This document shows positions 1 through 9,350 of a DNA stretch of 64,000 nt, one piece after another; within the stretch, counting starts at the first letter, position 1; every line of letters begins with the position of its first letter. The notes beneath the pieces were generated by a model. It was not told where the DNA came from. It did not search any database and saw only the letters and a program-made list of their open reading frames with translations. This DNA comes from Bacillota bacterium (GTDB lineage: Bacteria > Bacillota > Clostridia > Lachnospirales > Lachnospiraceae): contig JAEYPP010000083.1 of assembly GCA_023410575.1 (NCBI GenBank), positions 149 to 64,148 on the forward strand, read 5' to 3'. Both the position numbers and the translations under genes were made by a program.

Positions 1-35
1 AATTAAGACTTCATCTATAAGGAAAAGGTTCCATA

Positions 36-81
36 ATAAAAAGCCTCCCAGTGTCAGTCGATAAACAAACCACTAGGAGAC
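36..81 (-). terminator. Putative rho-independent terminator after the 142..1302 gene
   Basis: On the minus strand: stem TCTCCTAGTG / CACTGGGAG(G) with one mismatch and a ~17-nt loop, followed by CTTTTTATTAT. It lies ~60 nt past the stop codon. Confidence 0.4.
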
Positions 82-141
82 TACAATAATTGCATCTTAG
101 TTGTACCAATTACTTATGAAATTGATAGAGTTAACCGTTTG

Positions 142-1302
142 TTAGTATATCGCTACTGGAATATCCTTATATGGAGTTGTATCCGGCCTATCTAATACTT
201 TTATAACTTTCCCTTCTTCTATATTCACCCACACTTCTGCTATAGTTTTCCTGCTTTTTACGTTCTGGATGATTTCTTTCCCAGTAAGGTTACCCTCTGA
301 TCTCATTTCTGCTAAAGTAATGATAATTTTATACTCAGATTTATTATAATTGGATGGCGACCGATGACCGCCATTCTCATCTAGACCATTCATTGGAATT
401 TCTGCAACATACCACTGCGTTGGCAGTATATAATTCAAAAGTTTTCCGTCACCACTTACTTTCGTAGTTTCAATTCGTTCTTTGACCGTTGCGTCATTGA
501 GCGCCAGCTGAATGATTTCATTTATCTTATCTTCTTCTAGCTCACATACTGATATCGTAGCTAAATCCTCTGAGTAAACGGAATATAAACTGTCTAACGA
601 ATAATTGTTCACTAATCTAGCTATTCCAAAGGTAATTAATAATGTTAATACATACATTCCAAACAGAGCGGCTACTCTAACAGGTTTTGATTTTGGAAGA
701 ATTGAAATATTCTTACTTTTTAATATCTTGAATGGGAAAAACATTCCCGTCTTATTCTTATATTCAATATAAGATTGTCCAAACTTTTCTTCACATTCTC
801 TTTCTTCGACCCTTGCTAATATGTAATATGCAAACAACATTGTTACAAACATGAAAAGTACAATGTATCTAGGCCATAGAATTACTAAACCAAAGCTACA
901 TAAAATAAATGATGCATATTGTGGATGCCTAATAAAGTTATAGATTCCACCTGTAACGATACCTTTCTTTGTAAGCTTGCGATAATAAACCTGGCAAGCA
1001 CCAATTACAAATCCTGCGAAGCCTATCACTGCAAGTATGGCACCAATAATATTATGAGCATTAATCAATGGTGAAGAAGTTTCCACTATTATGTGTGGCA
1101 TAAAATAGCTGATTAACCATCCAAGCTTTGAATTTTGATTAAAGAAATCCAATACAGGGCTATAGGCTGAATAAAAATAGATTGCAAAAGGACTGGCCAT
1201 ATAGAAGAATTCAAACGCTATTAATACATAAAACGCGGCCACCCCAAAAAAACTCCTTTTTACCGACTTATTGTGGTTTTTTTTATCATCTTGTTGATTC
1301 AT
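142..1302 (-). CDS. Membrane methyltransferase-family protein (ICMT/PEMT-like) with an extra C-terminal domain of unknown function
   Basis: 386-aa ORF with multiple N-terminal TM helices. The RHPQYASFILCSFGLVILWPRY motif is typical of isoprenylcysteine carboxyl / phospholipid methyltransferase-type membrane enzymes. One further TM is followed by ~165 aa with no motif I recognise. Confidence 0.6.
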   Translation of the reverse strand: MNQQDDKKNHNKSVKRSFFGVAAFYVLIAFEFFYMASPFAIYFYSAYSPVLDFFNQNSKLGWLISYFMPHIIVETSSPLINAHNIIGAILAVIGFAGFVIGACQVYYRKLTKKGIVTGGIYNFIRHPQYASFILCSFGLVILWPRYIVLFMFVTMLFAYYILARVEERECEEKFGQSYIEYKNKTGMFFPFKILKSKNISILPKSKPVRVAALFGMYVLTLLITFGIARLVNNYSLDSLYSVYSEDLATISVCELEEDKINEIIQLALNDATVKERIETTKVSGDGKLLNYILPTQWYVAEIPMNGLDENGGHRSPSNYNKSEYKIIITLAEMRSEGNLTGKEIIQNVKSRKTIAEVWVNIEEGKVIKVLDRPDTTPYKDIPVAIY

Positions 1303-1389
1303 GATTATGTTACATCCTTCCTGTTTTAGAATCAGAGTATCTCTGTAACTTAATCATAAAAGATATTTTTAAAGAAATTATAAAGTTTT

Positions 1390-2823
1390 TTATGGATTTT
1401 CAAATTTTATACAAAACTCAATACAAGCTCCTCCTTCTGAGAGATTAAATGCCTTAATCATACCCCCATGCTTTTCAACAATTGACTTCGATATGTACAA
1501 GCCAAGCCCAGAATGTCCCTTTTCTATGGATCTGGAAGAATCACCTTTATAAAACTTTTTAAACAAATTCGTTAAATCCTTTTCACTAAATCCAGCTCCA
1601 TTATCCCATATTCGAAACAGTGCTTCGTCTTGCCTTATTTCGGTGTATATTCTGATATTACCTCCATTTGGAGTATATCGTATACTATTAGATACAATAT
1701 TGTCTATAATCTGCGATAATCTACTAGTATCTAAGCAAACTAAAGTTTTCTCTTTTCTGCAATCAATTATTTTACTATCTATTTGTATCTCTTTTTTGTT
1801 AGCTAATATCTCGATTTCATTTTTCTTGTCTTCCATATAATCCTGCAGCTTGATAGGAGAAGGATATAGAGAAAAACCATCATTGTCAATCTCCACAAGT
1901 GTATTCATATCGTCAATTAACTTTTTCGTTCTTGAGATATTGAGTTCGATAACCGATAGATAAGAATTCAACTTTTGTGGATCATATTTTAACCCCTCCT
2001 GTAATCCTTCAATATGCCCTTGAATAATAGCAAGTGGAGTTCGGATATCGTGTGTAATTGATGCCACCATATCTCTTCGATCCTTTTCCAATTGCCATTG
2101 CTTCATCAAAGAATTCTTTAACTCATATCTCATATCTTCAAAAGCAAGTATCAAGTCTCCGATTTCATTTTCTTGTTTGATACATGTAATACTAAACTCA
2201 ACATCTTTATTTTTTATCTTTTCTGCTGCCGTCATTAATTCCTTAAGTGGTACGCGAATTCTCTTACTAAATCTTCTTGCAAAAATATAGGTATATGCTA
2301 AAAAGCAAATAAATGGAATACCCGCATCTACACATGTTAAAGCAATCCAAGTCATCGTACTGTAATTAGTAATAACCAACATATATTTCATTTGTCCTGT
2401 CTCATCATCAAAAATAGGAATTTGTACATGAGAAGTATTACGTAAATTATGCCTAGTATCAGAAAGATGAGAAAGTAAATTCTTCTGAGATTCATTTTCT
2501 ATCATGTTGGATTGAAATAGTATATTTTGATTTTTATCCTGTATATAATAATCAACGTCATTGCTACGTGCAAGTGCATCCAGCTGTTGTCTTACGTAAT
2601 CTTCCTCAATTGAGTTACCATATTCATGAATATATTCAATGATGCTAGTAAGTTTCGGGCTATTTAAATCCAACCTGTCCTCTTTATGAAAACTGTGAAA
2701 CGTTATATAGAATACTGTGATCAAAAAAGCAGCTGTAATCAAACTACAAATCATAATCATCAAGTATGTAATTAAGAACTGCCTTTGAAGTGTTTTTGGC
2801 TTTCTTACTTTATTCTTTCCCAT
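1390..2823 (-). CDS. Sensor histidine kinase (2 TM, HAMP, HisKA, HATPase_c)
   Basis: H-box SITHDIRTPLAII, N-box/G-box region NIVSNSIRYTP..WDNGAGF..GHSGLGLYISKSIVEKHGG. The start overlaps the upstream response-regulator stop by 19 nt. Confidence 0.85.
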   Translation of the reverse strand: MGKNKVRKPKTLQRQFLITYLMIMICSLITAAFLITVFYITFHSFHKEDRLDLNSPKLTSIIEYIHEYGNSIEEDYVRQQLDALARSNDVDYYIQDKNQNILFQSNMIENESQKNLLSHLSDTRHNLRNTSHVQIPIFDDETGQMKYMLVITNYSTMTWIALTCVDAGIPFICFLAYTYIFARRFSKRIRVPLKELMTAAEKIKNKDVEFSITCIKQENEIGDLILAFEDMRYELKNSLMKQWQLEKDRRDMVASITHDIRTPLAIIQGHIEGLQEGLKYDPQKLNSYLSVIELNISRTKKLIDDMNTLVEIDNDGFSLYPSPIKLQDYMEDKKNEIEILANKKEIQIDSKIIDCRKEKTLVCLDTSRLSQIIDNIVSNSIRYTPNGGNIRIYTEIRQDEALFRIWDNGAGFSEKDLTNLFKKFYKGDSSRSIEKGHSGLGLYISKSIVEKHGGMIKAFNLSEGGACIEFCIKFENP

Positions 2824-3494
2824 TTATAGCCCACCCCCCATACTGTTGATATATACTCTATCTTAGGGTCACACTTACTTAATTTTGCACGTATTTTTTT
2901 AATATGCTCTGCTACACCTGCTGAATCTCCCTCTGCATCGTATCCCCAAACTCTTTCATAGATGTGATCTTTTGTAAATACTATTCCAGGATTCATTGCT
3001 AGAAGCTCGATAATATCAAACTCACGTTTCGTAAAGGCAATATGTTCACTATCAAGATATACCTCATGTCCCTTCAAATCGATAGCAATCCTACCATATC
3101 GGAGCAATGTTCGGTTACTTAAGGATACAGCTCTTTTCTCTCTACGAAGATGAGCTTGTATACGCACTCTTAATTCTTTCATACTAAAAGGCTTTGTCAG
3201 ATAGTCATCTCCCCCCATAGCAAGTCCTTTGATTCTATCAACTTCCTCTCGTAGGGCACTCAAAAAGATAATTGGACATACTACCTTGTCCCTAATATTT
3301 TGGCAAACCTCATATCCGTTCAATCCAGGCATCATAATGTCAAGGAGTATTATATCAGGCTGCGACTTAGCATATTGAACTGCCTGTTCACCATTATAAG
3401 CAGTCAAAACTTCATAACCATCTAAAACAAGGGCATCCCTCATAAAAGAAACCATATCTTCTTCATCATCAACAATTAAGATTCTTTCATTCAT
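2805..3494 (-). CDS. OmpR-family response regulator
   Basis: Receiver motifs ILIVDDEED, LLDIMMPGLNG and YLTKPF, plus a winged-helix C-terminus (TVWGVGYKW). Start moved to ATG 3494 (MNERILIVDD), which is preceded by AGGAGAGAGATT. The track start at 3524 has no SD. Confidence 0.9.
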   Translation of the reverse strand: MNERILIVDDEEDMVSFMRDALVLDGYEVLTAYNGEQAVQYAKSQPDIILLDIMMPGLNGYEVCQNIRDKVVCPIIFLSALREEVDRIKGLAMGGDDYLTKPFSMKELRVRIQAHLRREKRAVSLSNRTLLRYGRIAIDLKGHEVYLDSEHIAFTKREFDIIELLAMNPGIVFTKDHIYERVWGYDAEGDSAGVAEHIKKIRAKLSKCDPKIEYISTVWGVGYKWERIK

Positions 3495-3567
3495 AATCTC
3501 TCTCCTTATGACATTTTTATACATCTATTATACTATCATTTACTATATTTCGCACCTACGAAACCTC

Positions 3568-4821
3568 TTATCTGAAACTGATATGAATATTTACAATCTC
3601 AGAGTTCGTTCCAACTCTAATTGGGGAACCCCATGTACCAAATCCTGAAGATACAATCGCATGAAAGTTGTTTTGTTGATAGATACCATAACTATGTTCA
3701 TACGAAAGAGTTGTGAAGAGTCTACCGAATAACTCTTGTCCATTATGGGTATGTCCTGACAGTTGAAGATCTATTCCACACTCTTTTGCCAAATAGAAAT
3801 CAACTGGCTGGTGGTCCATCATAATGATTGGTAAGGATTTGTCGATTCCCTTAATTAGCTCCTCAATCTCTGGTCGTCCTGAATTCTCTCCGATTTCTCC
3901 TCGGTCTGACCTACCTACAATATAAAAAGAGTCAGCAATTTTTATGTATTGATCCTTTAGTACGATTATGTTTGCACTTTTTAGACTGTCAATTGTGAAT
4001 TCTGAACCTCCCATAGCAATATCATGATTTCCAAGAACCGCATATACCCCATATTTCGATTGTATTTTTTGAAGAGTTTGGGCCATGTTTTGTCTTATAT
4101 ACGGTTCATACTCTTCTTCAATACAATCACCAGCAAACAACACAATGTCTGGATTTAGCTTATTAATCTCGTCTACAAGTCTTAGTAGTCTACTATTGTC
4201 AATCACCCTACCGAGGTGAATATCCGACAACATAACAACATGAAGGCTGGTTAACTCTCCAGCATTCTTATCAATCGAAATATTATAATTAGTTATTATG
4301 GTATGTTTTGCATTCCATGTTCCGTATGAAAAATACGCTATGATAACAAGTAAAAAAACAAGTCCAACAACTGGGGTATTCTTGATAAATTTTATCACTC
4401 TATTGCCTTGGTAACCGATTTTCTTACTAATAGCTACCAAAAGCTTGGAAAACAACAAGATGACTAGAAAGAATTTGATTGCAGTAAACCAATAACTATC
4501 AAGATAGAGTAATGTATTAGCAGCTACATGCCCTGGATAAAACCAATCAATAATTTTTCCAGGGATATAAGATAAGGCAATAAACCAGTAAATAACCCAG
4601 TAGATTTTACTATTAATTTTAAGATGTTGTCCCACATACTTCCACCCATTAGAGCCAATAAAATGGTTGATTGGTAAGAGTACCAAAAAAGAAATTGGAT
4701 CTTTTAGGTGAGCTCTAAAGTTAAAAAGATACCATAGTATAGTGTAAACTGCCGTAGCTAATAATATCTTTGCTAAGTAAAGCAGTTCTTTTTTACCTTT
4801 CACATAATTCATTTTATTCAT
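3568..4821 (-). CDS. Membrane-anchored metallophosphoesterase (YkuE/YkoQ-like)
   Basis: ~170-aa multi-TM N-terminus followed by calcineurin-like motifs SDIHLG, GDCIEE, GNHD and GHTHNG. SD GGAG lies 6 nt before the ATG. Confidence 0.8.
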   Translation of the reverse strand: MNKMNYVKGKKELLYLAKILLATAVYTILWYLFNFRAHLKDPISFLVLLPINHFIGSNGWKYVGQHLKINSKIYWVIYWFIALSYIPGKIIDWFYPGHVAANTLLYLDSYWFTAIKFFLVILLFSKLLVAISKKIGYQGNRVIKFIKNTPVVGLVFLLVIIAYFSYGTWNAKHTIITNYNISIDKNAGELTSLHVVMLSDIHLGRVIDNSRLLRLVDEINKLNPDIVLFAGDCIEEEYEPYIRQNMAQTLQKIQSKYGVYAVLGNHDIAMGGSEFTIDSLKSANIIVLKDQYIKIADSFYIVGRSDRGEIGENSGRPEIEELIKGIDKSLPIIMMDHQPVDFYLAKECGIDLQLSGHTHNGQELFGRLFTTLSYEHSYGIYQQNNFHAIVSSGFGTWGSPIRVGTNSEIVNIHISFR

Positions 4822-4912
4822 TCATCTCTCCTTTGAAATCATAATTTTTTACAAAGTTCCATAACTAAAACTGATAATACTATTCCGAAGATAGATTCTA
4901 TAAAACTTCTTT

Positions 4913-4960
4913 TTCTTATATTATTTCTTATATTACTTCTTATATTATTTCTTATAATTA
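4913..4960. repeat. Four tandem 12-bp direct repeats (TTCTTATATTAT-like) upstream of the metallophosphoesterase/TCS genes
   Basis: ttcttatattat / ttcttatattac / ttcttatattat / ttcttataatta, read directly. They lie 92-140 nt upstream of the ATG at 4821. Confidence 0.7.
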
Positions 4961-5248
4961 TAAAGAATTTATAAAGTTTTCTCTTCTTTTTGATTGTATA
5001 ATTATGGATGTCCTAACAGAAAAAAATTCAACTATAAGTACGATAAACATACATTTGGAGTGATTTAGTGGGACATATCTTATTAAAAAGGAAAAGATTA
5101 GAAATGCCATAGCAACATCAAGTGATGTCGCTATGGCACTAAAGAATTTGTTAAGCCAGATTACTATCAATATATTCTATGAAAGATTTTTTATTAACTT
5201 TATCTGTATTGTTTATGTACCAATCCAACGCTTCTTTCAATAGTCTGA

Positions 5249-5282
5249 AGCTACTAACGATACTAGTTAGTAGCTCCTTTTT
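5249..5282 (+). terminator. Hairpin with a plus-strand T-tract (terminator-like) between the C11 peptidase stop and the metallophosphoesterase upstream region
   Basis: AGCTACTAAC-(7 nt)-GTTAGTAGCT is a perfect 10-bp stem followed by CCTTTTT on the plus strand. On the minus strand it sits 43 nt after the peptidase stop but has no U-tract. Confidence 0.4.
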
Positions 5283-5324
5283 CATTAAATTTAATAACTT
5301 TACTTTCTAAAACAATATTGAACA

Positions 5325-7607
5325 TTAATTATTTGTGCTATCTAAGGAAACATGGTTTGTTTCAATTGAGGTTTGGTTAAATAGATTAATGTTATAATAA
5401 AGTTCCATCTTTTCTTTTAGTTCTGATATTTCTAATAGCTTAATTGTTCCATTGTCTAATGTAAATGAATTATTGCTTCGAACTAGTTCAAAGCCATTGT
5501 CACCTCTAGCTAAGAATAAAGGTTCGATGGTATCAGTACTCTTTAATTCAATATTGCGTTTACTTGCCATACCTGATTCATTCTCATTTATGACCTGAAC
5601 TCCAATTATATAAAACTCCTTATAACCCTCTTCAACTACATATAGTTCCGCCTGCTCCCCATTTAACAATATAGGAACCGTAAAAAGTTTAATATCAATA
5701 GATATGTTTCCATCAAAAAGCATTGTAATGTAATTTCCATTTAACGTAAAGGCTAGTGAATTCTCGGATACCTTAGCATCCTCTCGAAAGAAGAAGCTTG
5801 GATAAGAAGCATTAATAATATACTTTCCTAATTCATCATTATATATCTCTGTGACGGAATCAATACTTTCGATTTTATTATAGGAATCTGCTGATATCTC
5901 AAGTTTCAGTGCGTCTGATGCTTTATAGTACCGATCAAACGTACCTGTAGTTACATTCGTTGTAATATCAATGTTGTACTCATCGAGCATAATCTTTTTA
6001 TAATATTTTTCGACAAAGGAAGTATACTCTTTACTAAAACCAATGTCTTTATATAAAGAAAGATAATCCTGTTCGTAGGTAGGACAACCAAATTGCAATA
6101 ATGGCATGTAGATTGACATTCCATCAAGTGATATAACGTTATCACCCGTAATATTATTGGTAACAAAAGCATCATATAAACTTCTAAGTTCCTCTACTTC
6201 ATTCTTATAATCACTATTTTGGTAACTAATTCTCCAAAGTAAATCATATAAATTTGTTAAGTCATTGCCATCACCAGTAATATCCTCATCCTTAAAATCG
6301 AATTCATCTGCTCTTGCAATTGCCAAATCGTATACCAACAATGAATCACTATCCATATCCTTATTAATCTTTCCTATAAAGGTATTGAATTTTTTCATAA
6401 ATTTCTGAAATTGAACTAAGTCAATACTAGATAACTGCATATCATCCATCGTACCCATCTTAGTAGCATAGTCCTCAAACTGATCAACTAAGTTTGCTGC
6501 AAATCTCGAAGATTCAGGAATCAAATTTTTTTCAAGTAATGGAACAATGGCTGAATAGTCTAAGCCATGAGCAGGTAGCGATATCTGAGAAGCCACCATA
6601 TTAGAGGCATATGGAGATACGATATCTGCTATCTCAATTGAACTCATAATACATGCATCAAAAACAATATTCGCTAATTTTTTCTTTGTATTCTTATTTG
6701 CTTTACTAAGTGCAGTTTCTAGCTCGTTCATGGTAAGATGATCTCCACTTATTTCATCATAACCATAACCAAATAATGGTCCGCCGCCGTGATCCCATAA
6801 CACAAGGGTATAAGATTCCGCTGGGTAAGTTTTAATCCCCCATTCAATAAAACTTTGCAAGTCTTTAGGATCTCCCATATTTTTTTTACCTAAATCAGCA
6901 ATCTGTTTCATCTTGCCTTTTTGAACATACCATCTCTGAACCGAATTACCCTTTATAAAATTATTATTCCACTTACTAGTTCCTCCCGTTTGTACTGCTA
7001 CATTAACTCTACTCGTAGAACCCACTTCCATAAGTTCTTTTAAATCAGCAGTAGCAGCTCCTTCTGGATTCCATGGTCCAATATCACTCTCTAGATCAGA
7101 TGCAATTATATAGACAAGAAGAGTATGATCCTTTATTGTCCTTAGTGTAATCGTATTCGATTTGATGTTCACATCAAGCCTAAGGATATCCTTAACAAAT
7201 TTTAGCGGTACATAGAGATTCCCTTTCGATATAAACATCTTCTTATCAAGTGTAGTCCCCCAAGTATCATAATATTTTGAATTATAATCACAATATACCG
7301 AAATATCTTTATCGTCATCAAAGAAAGAACATCGCTTATCTCCCTTTTTCATTACAACAAACTGGGAATTGACATATGTATATTTGGTAATTTCACAACT
7401 CCATCCAGTAGCTTTTAGTATCTTAGTCAGTTGAAAATAATAGGTGCCATTTTTGGAGACCACCGGAACACTAACCGTTTTACCATCTAGTGTTACTTTG
7501 TATTTTGTTGCAGCCTGTGCCTGTGTTATGTCAACATTCATAAAACAAATACAAACTAGTAAAAGAAATGCGATAATTTTAGTTAATCTTCTTTTATCAT
7601 TCTTCAT
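5325..7607 (-). CDS. Secreted clostripain-like cysteine peptidase (MEROPS C11 family) with an N-terminal copper-amine-oxidase-N-like (stalk) domain
   Basis: Signal peptide KIIAFLLLVCICFMNVDITQAQA. Catalytic-dyad contexts VLWDHGGGP (His) and VFDACIMSS (Cys) are typical of C11. ~300-aa C-terminal region is unassigned. SD GGGAG lies 7 nt before the ATG. Confidence 0.7.
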   Translation of the reverse strand: MKNDKRRLTKIIAFLLLVCICFMNVDITQAQAATKYKVTLDGKTVSVPVVSKNGTYYFQLTKILKATGWSCEITKYTYVNSQFVVMKKGDKRCSFFDDDKDISVYCDYNSKYYDTWGTTLDKKMFISKGNLYVPLKFVKDILRLDVNIKSNTITLRTIKDHTLLVYIIASDLESDIGPWNPEGAATADLKELMEVGSTSRVNVAVQTGGTSKWNNNFIKGNSVQRWYVQKGKMKQIADLGKKNMGDPKDLQSFIEWGIKTYPAESYTLVLWDHGGGPLFGYGYDEISGDHLTMNELETALSKANKNTKKKLANIVFDACIMSSIEIADIVSPYASNMVASQISLPAHGLDYSAIVPLLEKNLIPESSRFAANLVDQFEDYATKMGTMDDMQLSSIDLVQFQKFMKKFNTFIGKINKDMDSDSLLVYDLAIARADEFDFKDEDITGDGNDLTNLYDLLWRISYQNSDYKNEVEELRSLYDAFVTNNITGDNVISLDGMSIYMPLLQFGCPTYEQDYLSLYKDIGFSKEYTSFVEKYYKKIMLDEYNIDITTNVTTGTFDRYYKASDALKLEISADSYNKIESIDSVTEIYNDELGKYIINASYPSFFFREDAKVSENSLAFTLNGNYITMLFDGNISIDIKLFTVPILLNGEQAELYVVEEGYKEFYIIGVQVINENESGMASKRNIELKSTDTIEPLFLARGDNGFELVRSNNSFTLDNGTIKLLEISELKEKMELYYNINLFNQTSIETNHVSLDSTNN

Positions 7608-7709
7608 CTTTTTTCTCCCATATTTTTTTCTTATATGACAATTACTACCATATTATATAATAATTATACAAATAGTACAACCAGGAAATGGAATGGATCG
7701 CCATAAAAA

Positions 7710-7882
7710 GGGGTTGTCGCACTAAGGGCAGTATGAATAAAAGAATGAAGGGCGATGGTATATTTTCTTCGGCGCGCTACGCTCACAAGCCCCACAAAGT
7801 GCGTGTGGGGACTTGTAAGGCACTCCGAAAAATACCATCGCCCTTCATTCTTTTATACAATATTTAGCTAGTGCGACACCCC
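7710..7882. repeat. ~173-nt G+C-enriched rod-like palindromic element, copy A
   Basis: Outer stem GGGGT(T)GTCGCACTA / TAGTGCGACACCCC. Perfect 23-bp middle stem AAAAGAATGAAGGGCGATGGTAT / ATACCATCGCCCTTCATTCTTTT. Apical hairpin ACAAGCCCCACA-AAGTGCG-TGTGGGG(A)CTTGT. A second, inverted copy lies at 56405-56572. Confidence 0.75.
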
Positions 7883-7901
7883 TTGGTAATAAACTCTAAT
7901 T

Positions 7902-9071
7902 TTATAGACACATCTTAAATATATTGACTACGTCTTCTTCATTTAATGGCACGTAAGAATAAGCTAGATATCCAATTTCAACAGCTTTCTTTGCCATAAT
8001 TGTAAAATATGTTTCATCGATACCAATCTCAGTCAATGTACTTTGCAATTCTAGGGTAGTAAAAAGAAATTCCTTTAACATATCAATACTCTTTTTCGCA
8101 ACTTCCATTGGAGAAAGTGAAGAATCAATACCAAATACATTGACTCCGAACTGATAGAATCTAGAAACCGTCTTTTCACTTAATGTATATTCCATCCATC
8201 GAGGTGCGATAATTGCAAGTCCTAACCCATGGGTAATGTCATAAATTGCAGAGAGCTCATGTTCGATTGGATGGCAACTCCATGCATGATGTTTCCCACC
8301 TTCAATAAATCCATTAATTGCCCACGAAGAAGCCCACATTAGATTCGCTCTTGCTTCATAATCGTCTGGCTTTTTAAGAGCAATTGGTGTATATTTAATG
8401 ACTGTTTTCATAAGACCTTCCATCATCGTATCTAACATGTAAAGATCTTTTTCCATGGTAAAATAAACTTCCATAATATGATTTAAAATATCGGAGGCAC
8501 CACAAGCAGTCTGATATTTACTCACACTATAGGTAAGTGTTGGATCAAGAAATGAAACTTTAGGACGCATTACTTCATAACCATTGCCGATTTTATCTTT
8601 CGTCGCTGGATTGCTAATTACGCCACCGTTATCCATCTCCGAACCAGTTGCTGAAAGTGTTAAGATATCTATGATTGGAAGACATTGATCTGCAGGCGCC
8701 TTTCCTAAAGAGACATCCCAACCATCACCATCGTAAAATGCTGCAACTCCTATGAATTTTGTACAATCAATTACAGAACCACCACCTACTGCTAATAATA
8801 CATCAATGCCCTCTTTCTTACAAATCTCTGCTCCTGCATTTACGGATGAAACTCTAGGATTTGGCTCGATTCCTGATAATTCAAAAAGTTCAAGCCCCGC
8901 GTTCTTAACCTCTGCAACTACTCGATCATAAAGACCAGATTTCTTAATGGAGCCACCCCCATAAGTCATTAAAACCTTCTTTCCATACTTACTAAGTTCC
9001 TCACCTAGATGGCCTAACTGATTTTCCCCAAAATATACTTTTGTAGGTATGCTGTATACAAAACTGTTCAT
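7902..9071 (-). CDS. Iron-containing alcohol dehydrogenase (butanol dehydrogenase / YqhD-like)
   Basis: 389 aa. LLAVGGGSVIDCTK dinucleotide motif and conserved His-rich metal-site region (HIMEVYF, HAWSCHPIEHELS). Strong SD AAAGGAG. Confidence 0.9.
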   Translation of the reverse strand: MNSFVYSIPTKVYFGENQLGHLGEELSKYGKKVLMTYGGGSIKKSGLYDRVVAEVKNAGLELFELSGIEPNPRVSSVNAGAEICKKEGIDVLLAVGGGSVIDCTKFIGVAAFYDGDGWDVSLGKAPADQCLPIIDILTLSATGSEMDNGGVISNPATKDKIGNGYEVMRPKVSFLDPTLTYSVSKYQTACGASDILNHIMEVYFTMEKDLYMLDTMMEGLMKTVIKYTPIALKKPDDYEARANLMWASSWAINGFIEGGKHHAWSCHPIEHELSAIYDITHGLGLAIIAPRWMEYTLSEKTVSRFYQFGVNVFGIDSSLSPMEVAKKSIDMLKEFLFTTLELQSTLTEIGIDETYFTIMAKKAVEIGYLAYSYVPLNEEDVVNIFKMCL

Positions 9072-9350
9072 AATATATGTCTCCTTTTTAATTTTAGAAA
9101 ACCTGTGATATGTACTTCTTGTGCATCCATCCGAAGGATTACAATAAGTAAAAAATACTCATAGTAAAAAAGTACTTCACAATGCATGTAGCAAAATATG
9201 TACCAGTGCTATCTACTCTTTCACTATACATGATATTTGGGTTTTATGCAAGAAATTAGAAATTACTGTCAGTAGCTAATCCCAACACATTCGACAATCT
9301 CCATAATAATTTGATAATATATTATTAATTGTTCTCCGTATTTTTTACCA

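Noticed and set aside
1643-1840. Track ORFs antisense to well-supported genes. Examples: 1643..1840, 5951..6175, 7444..7638, 10008..10280, 10261..10449, 10856..11083, 13981..14220, 14612..14863, 15172..15408, 15624..15821, 17917..18141, 18300..18614, 19013..19408, 20671..22143, 24168..24907, 25557..25760, 26215..26442, 27181..27387, 29458..29682, 31754..32968, 34964..35291, 37954..38172, 40110..41939, 42444..42653, 44987..45699, 46771..47094, 47956..48162, 49204..49530, 50911..52140, 53041..53307, 54394..55431, 57930..58209 and 59507..59881.
   Set aside because: All lie inside or antisense to (or out of frame with) longer ORFs that have clear family motifs. They have low-complexity or hydrophobic composition typical of shadow frames in AT-rich DNA, no SD and no recognisable motifs.
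4958-5170. 70-aa hydrophobic ORF on the minus strand between the C11 peptidase and the metallophosphoesterase.
   Set aside because: TTG start with no SD, overlaps the 12-bp repeat array, no recognisable family. Treated as non-coding; see the sRNA-type finding for this region.
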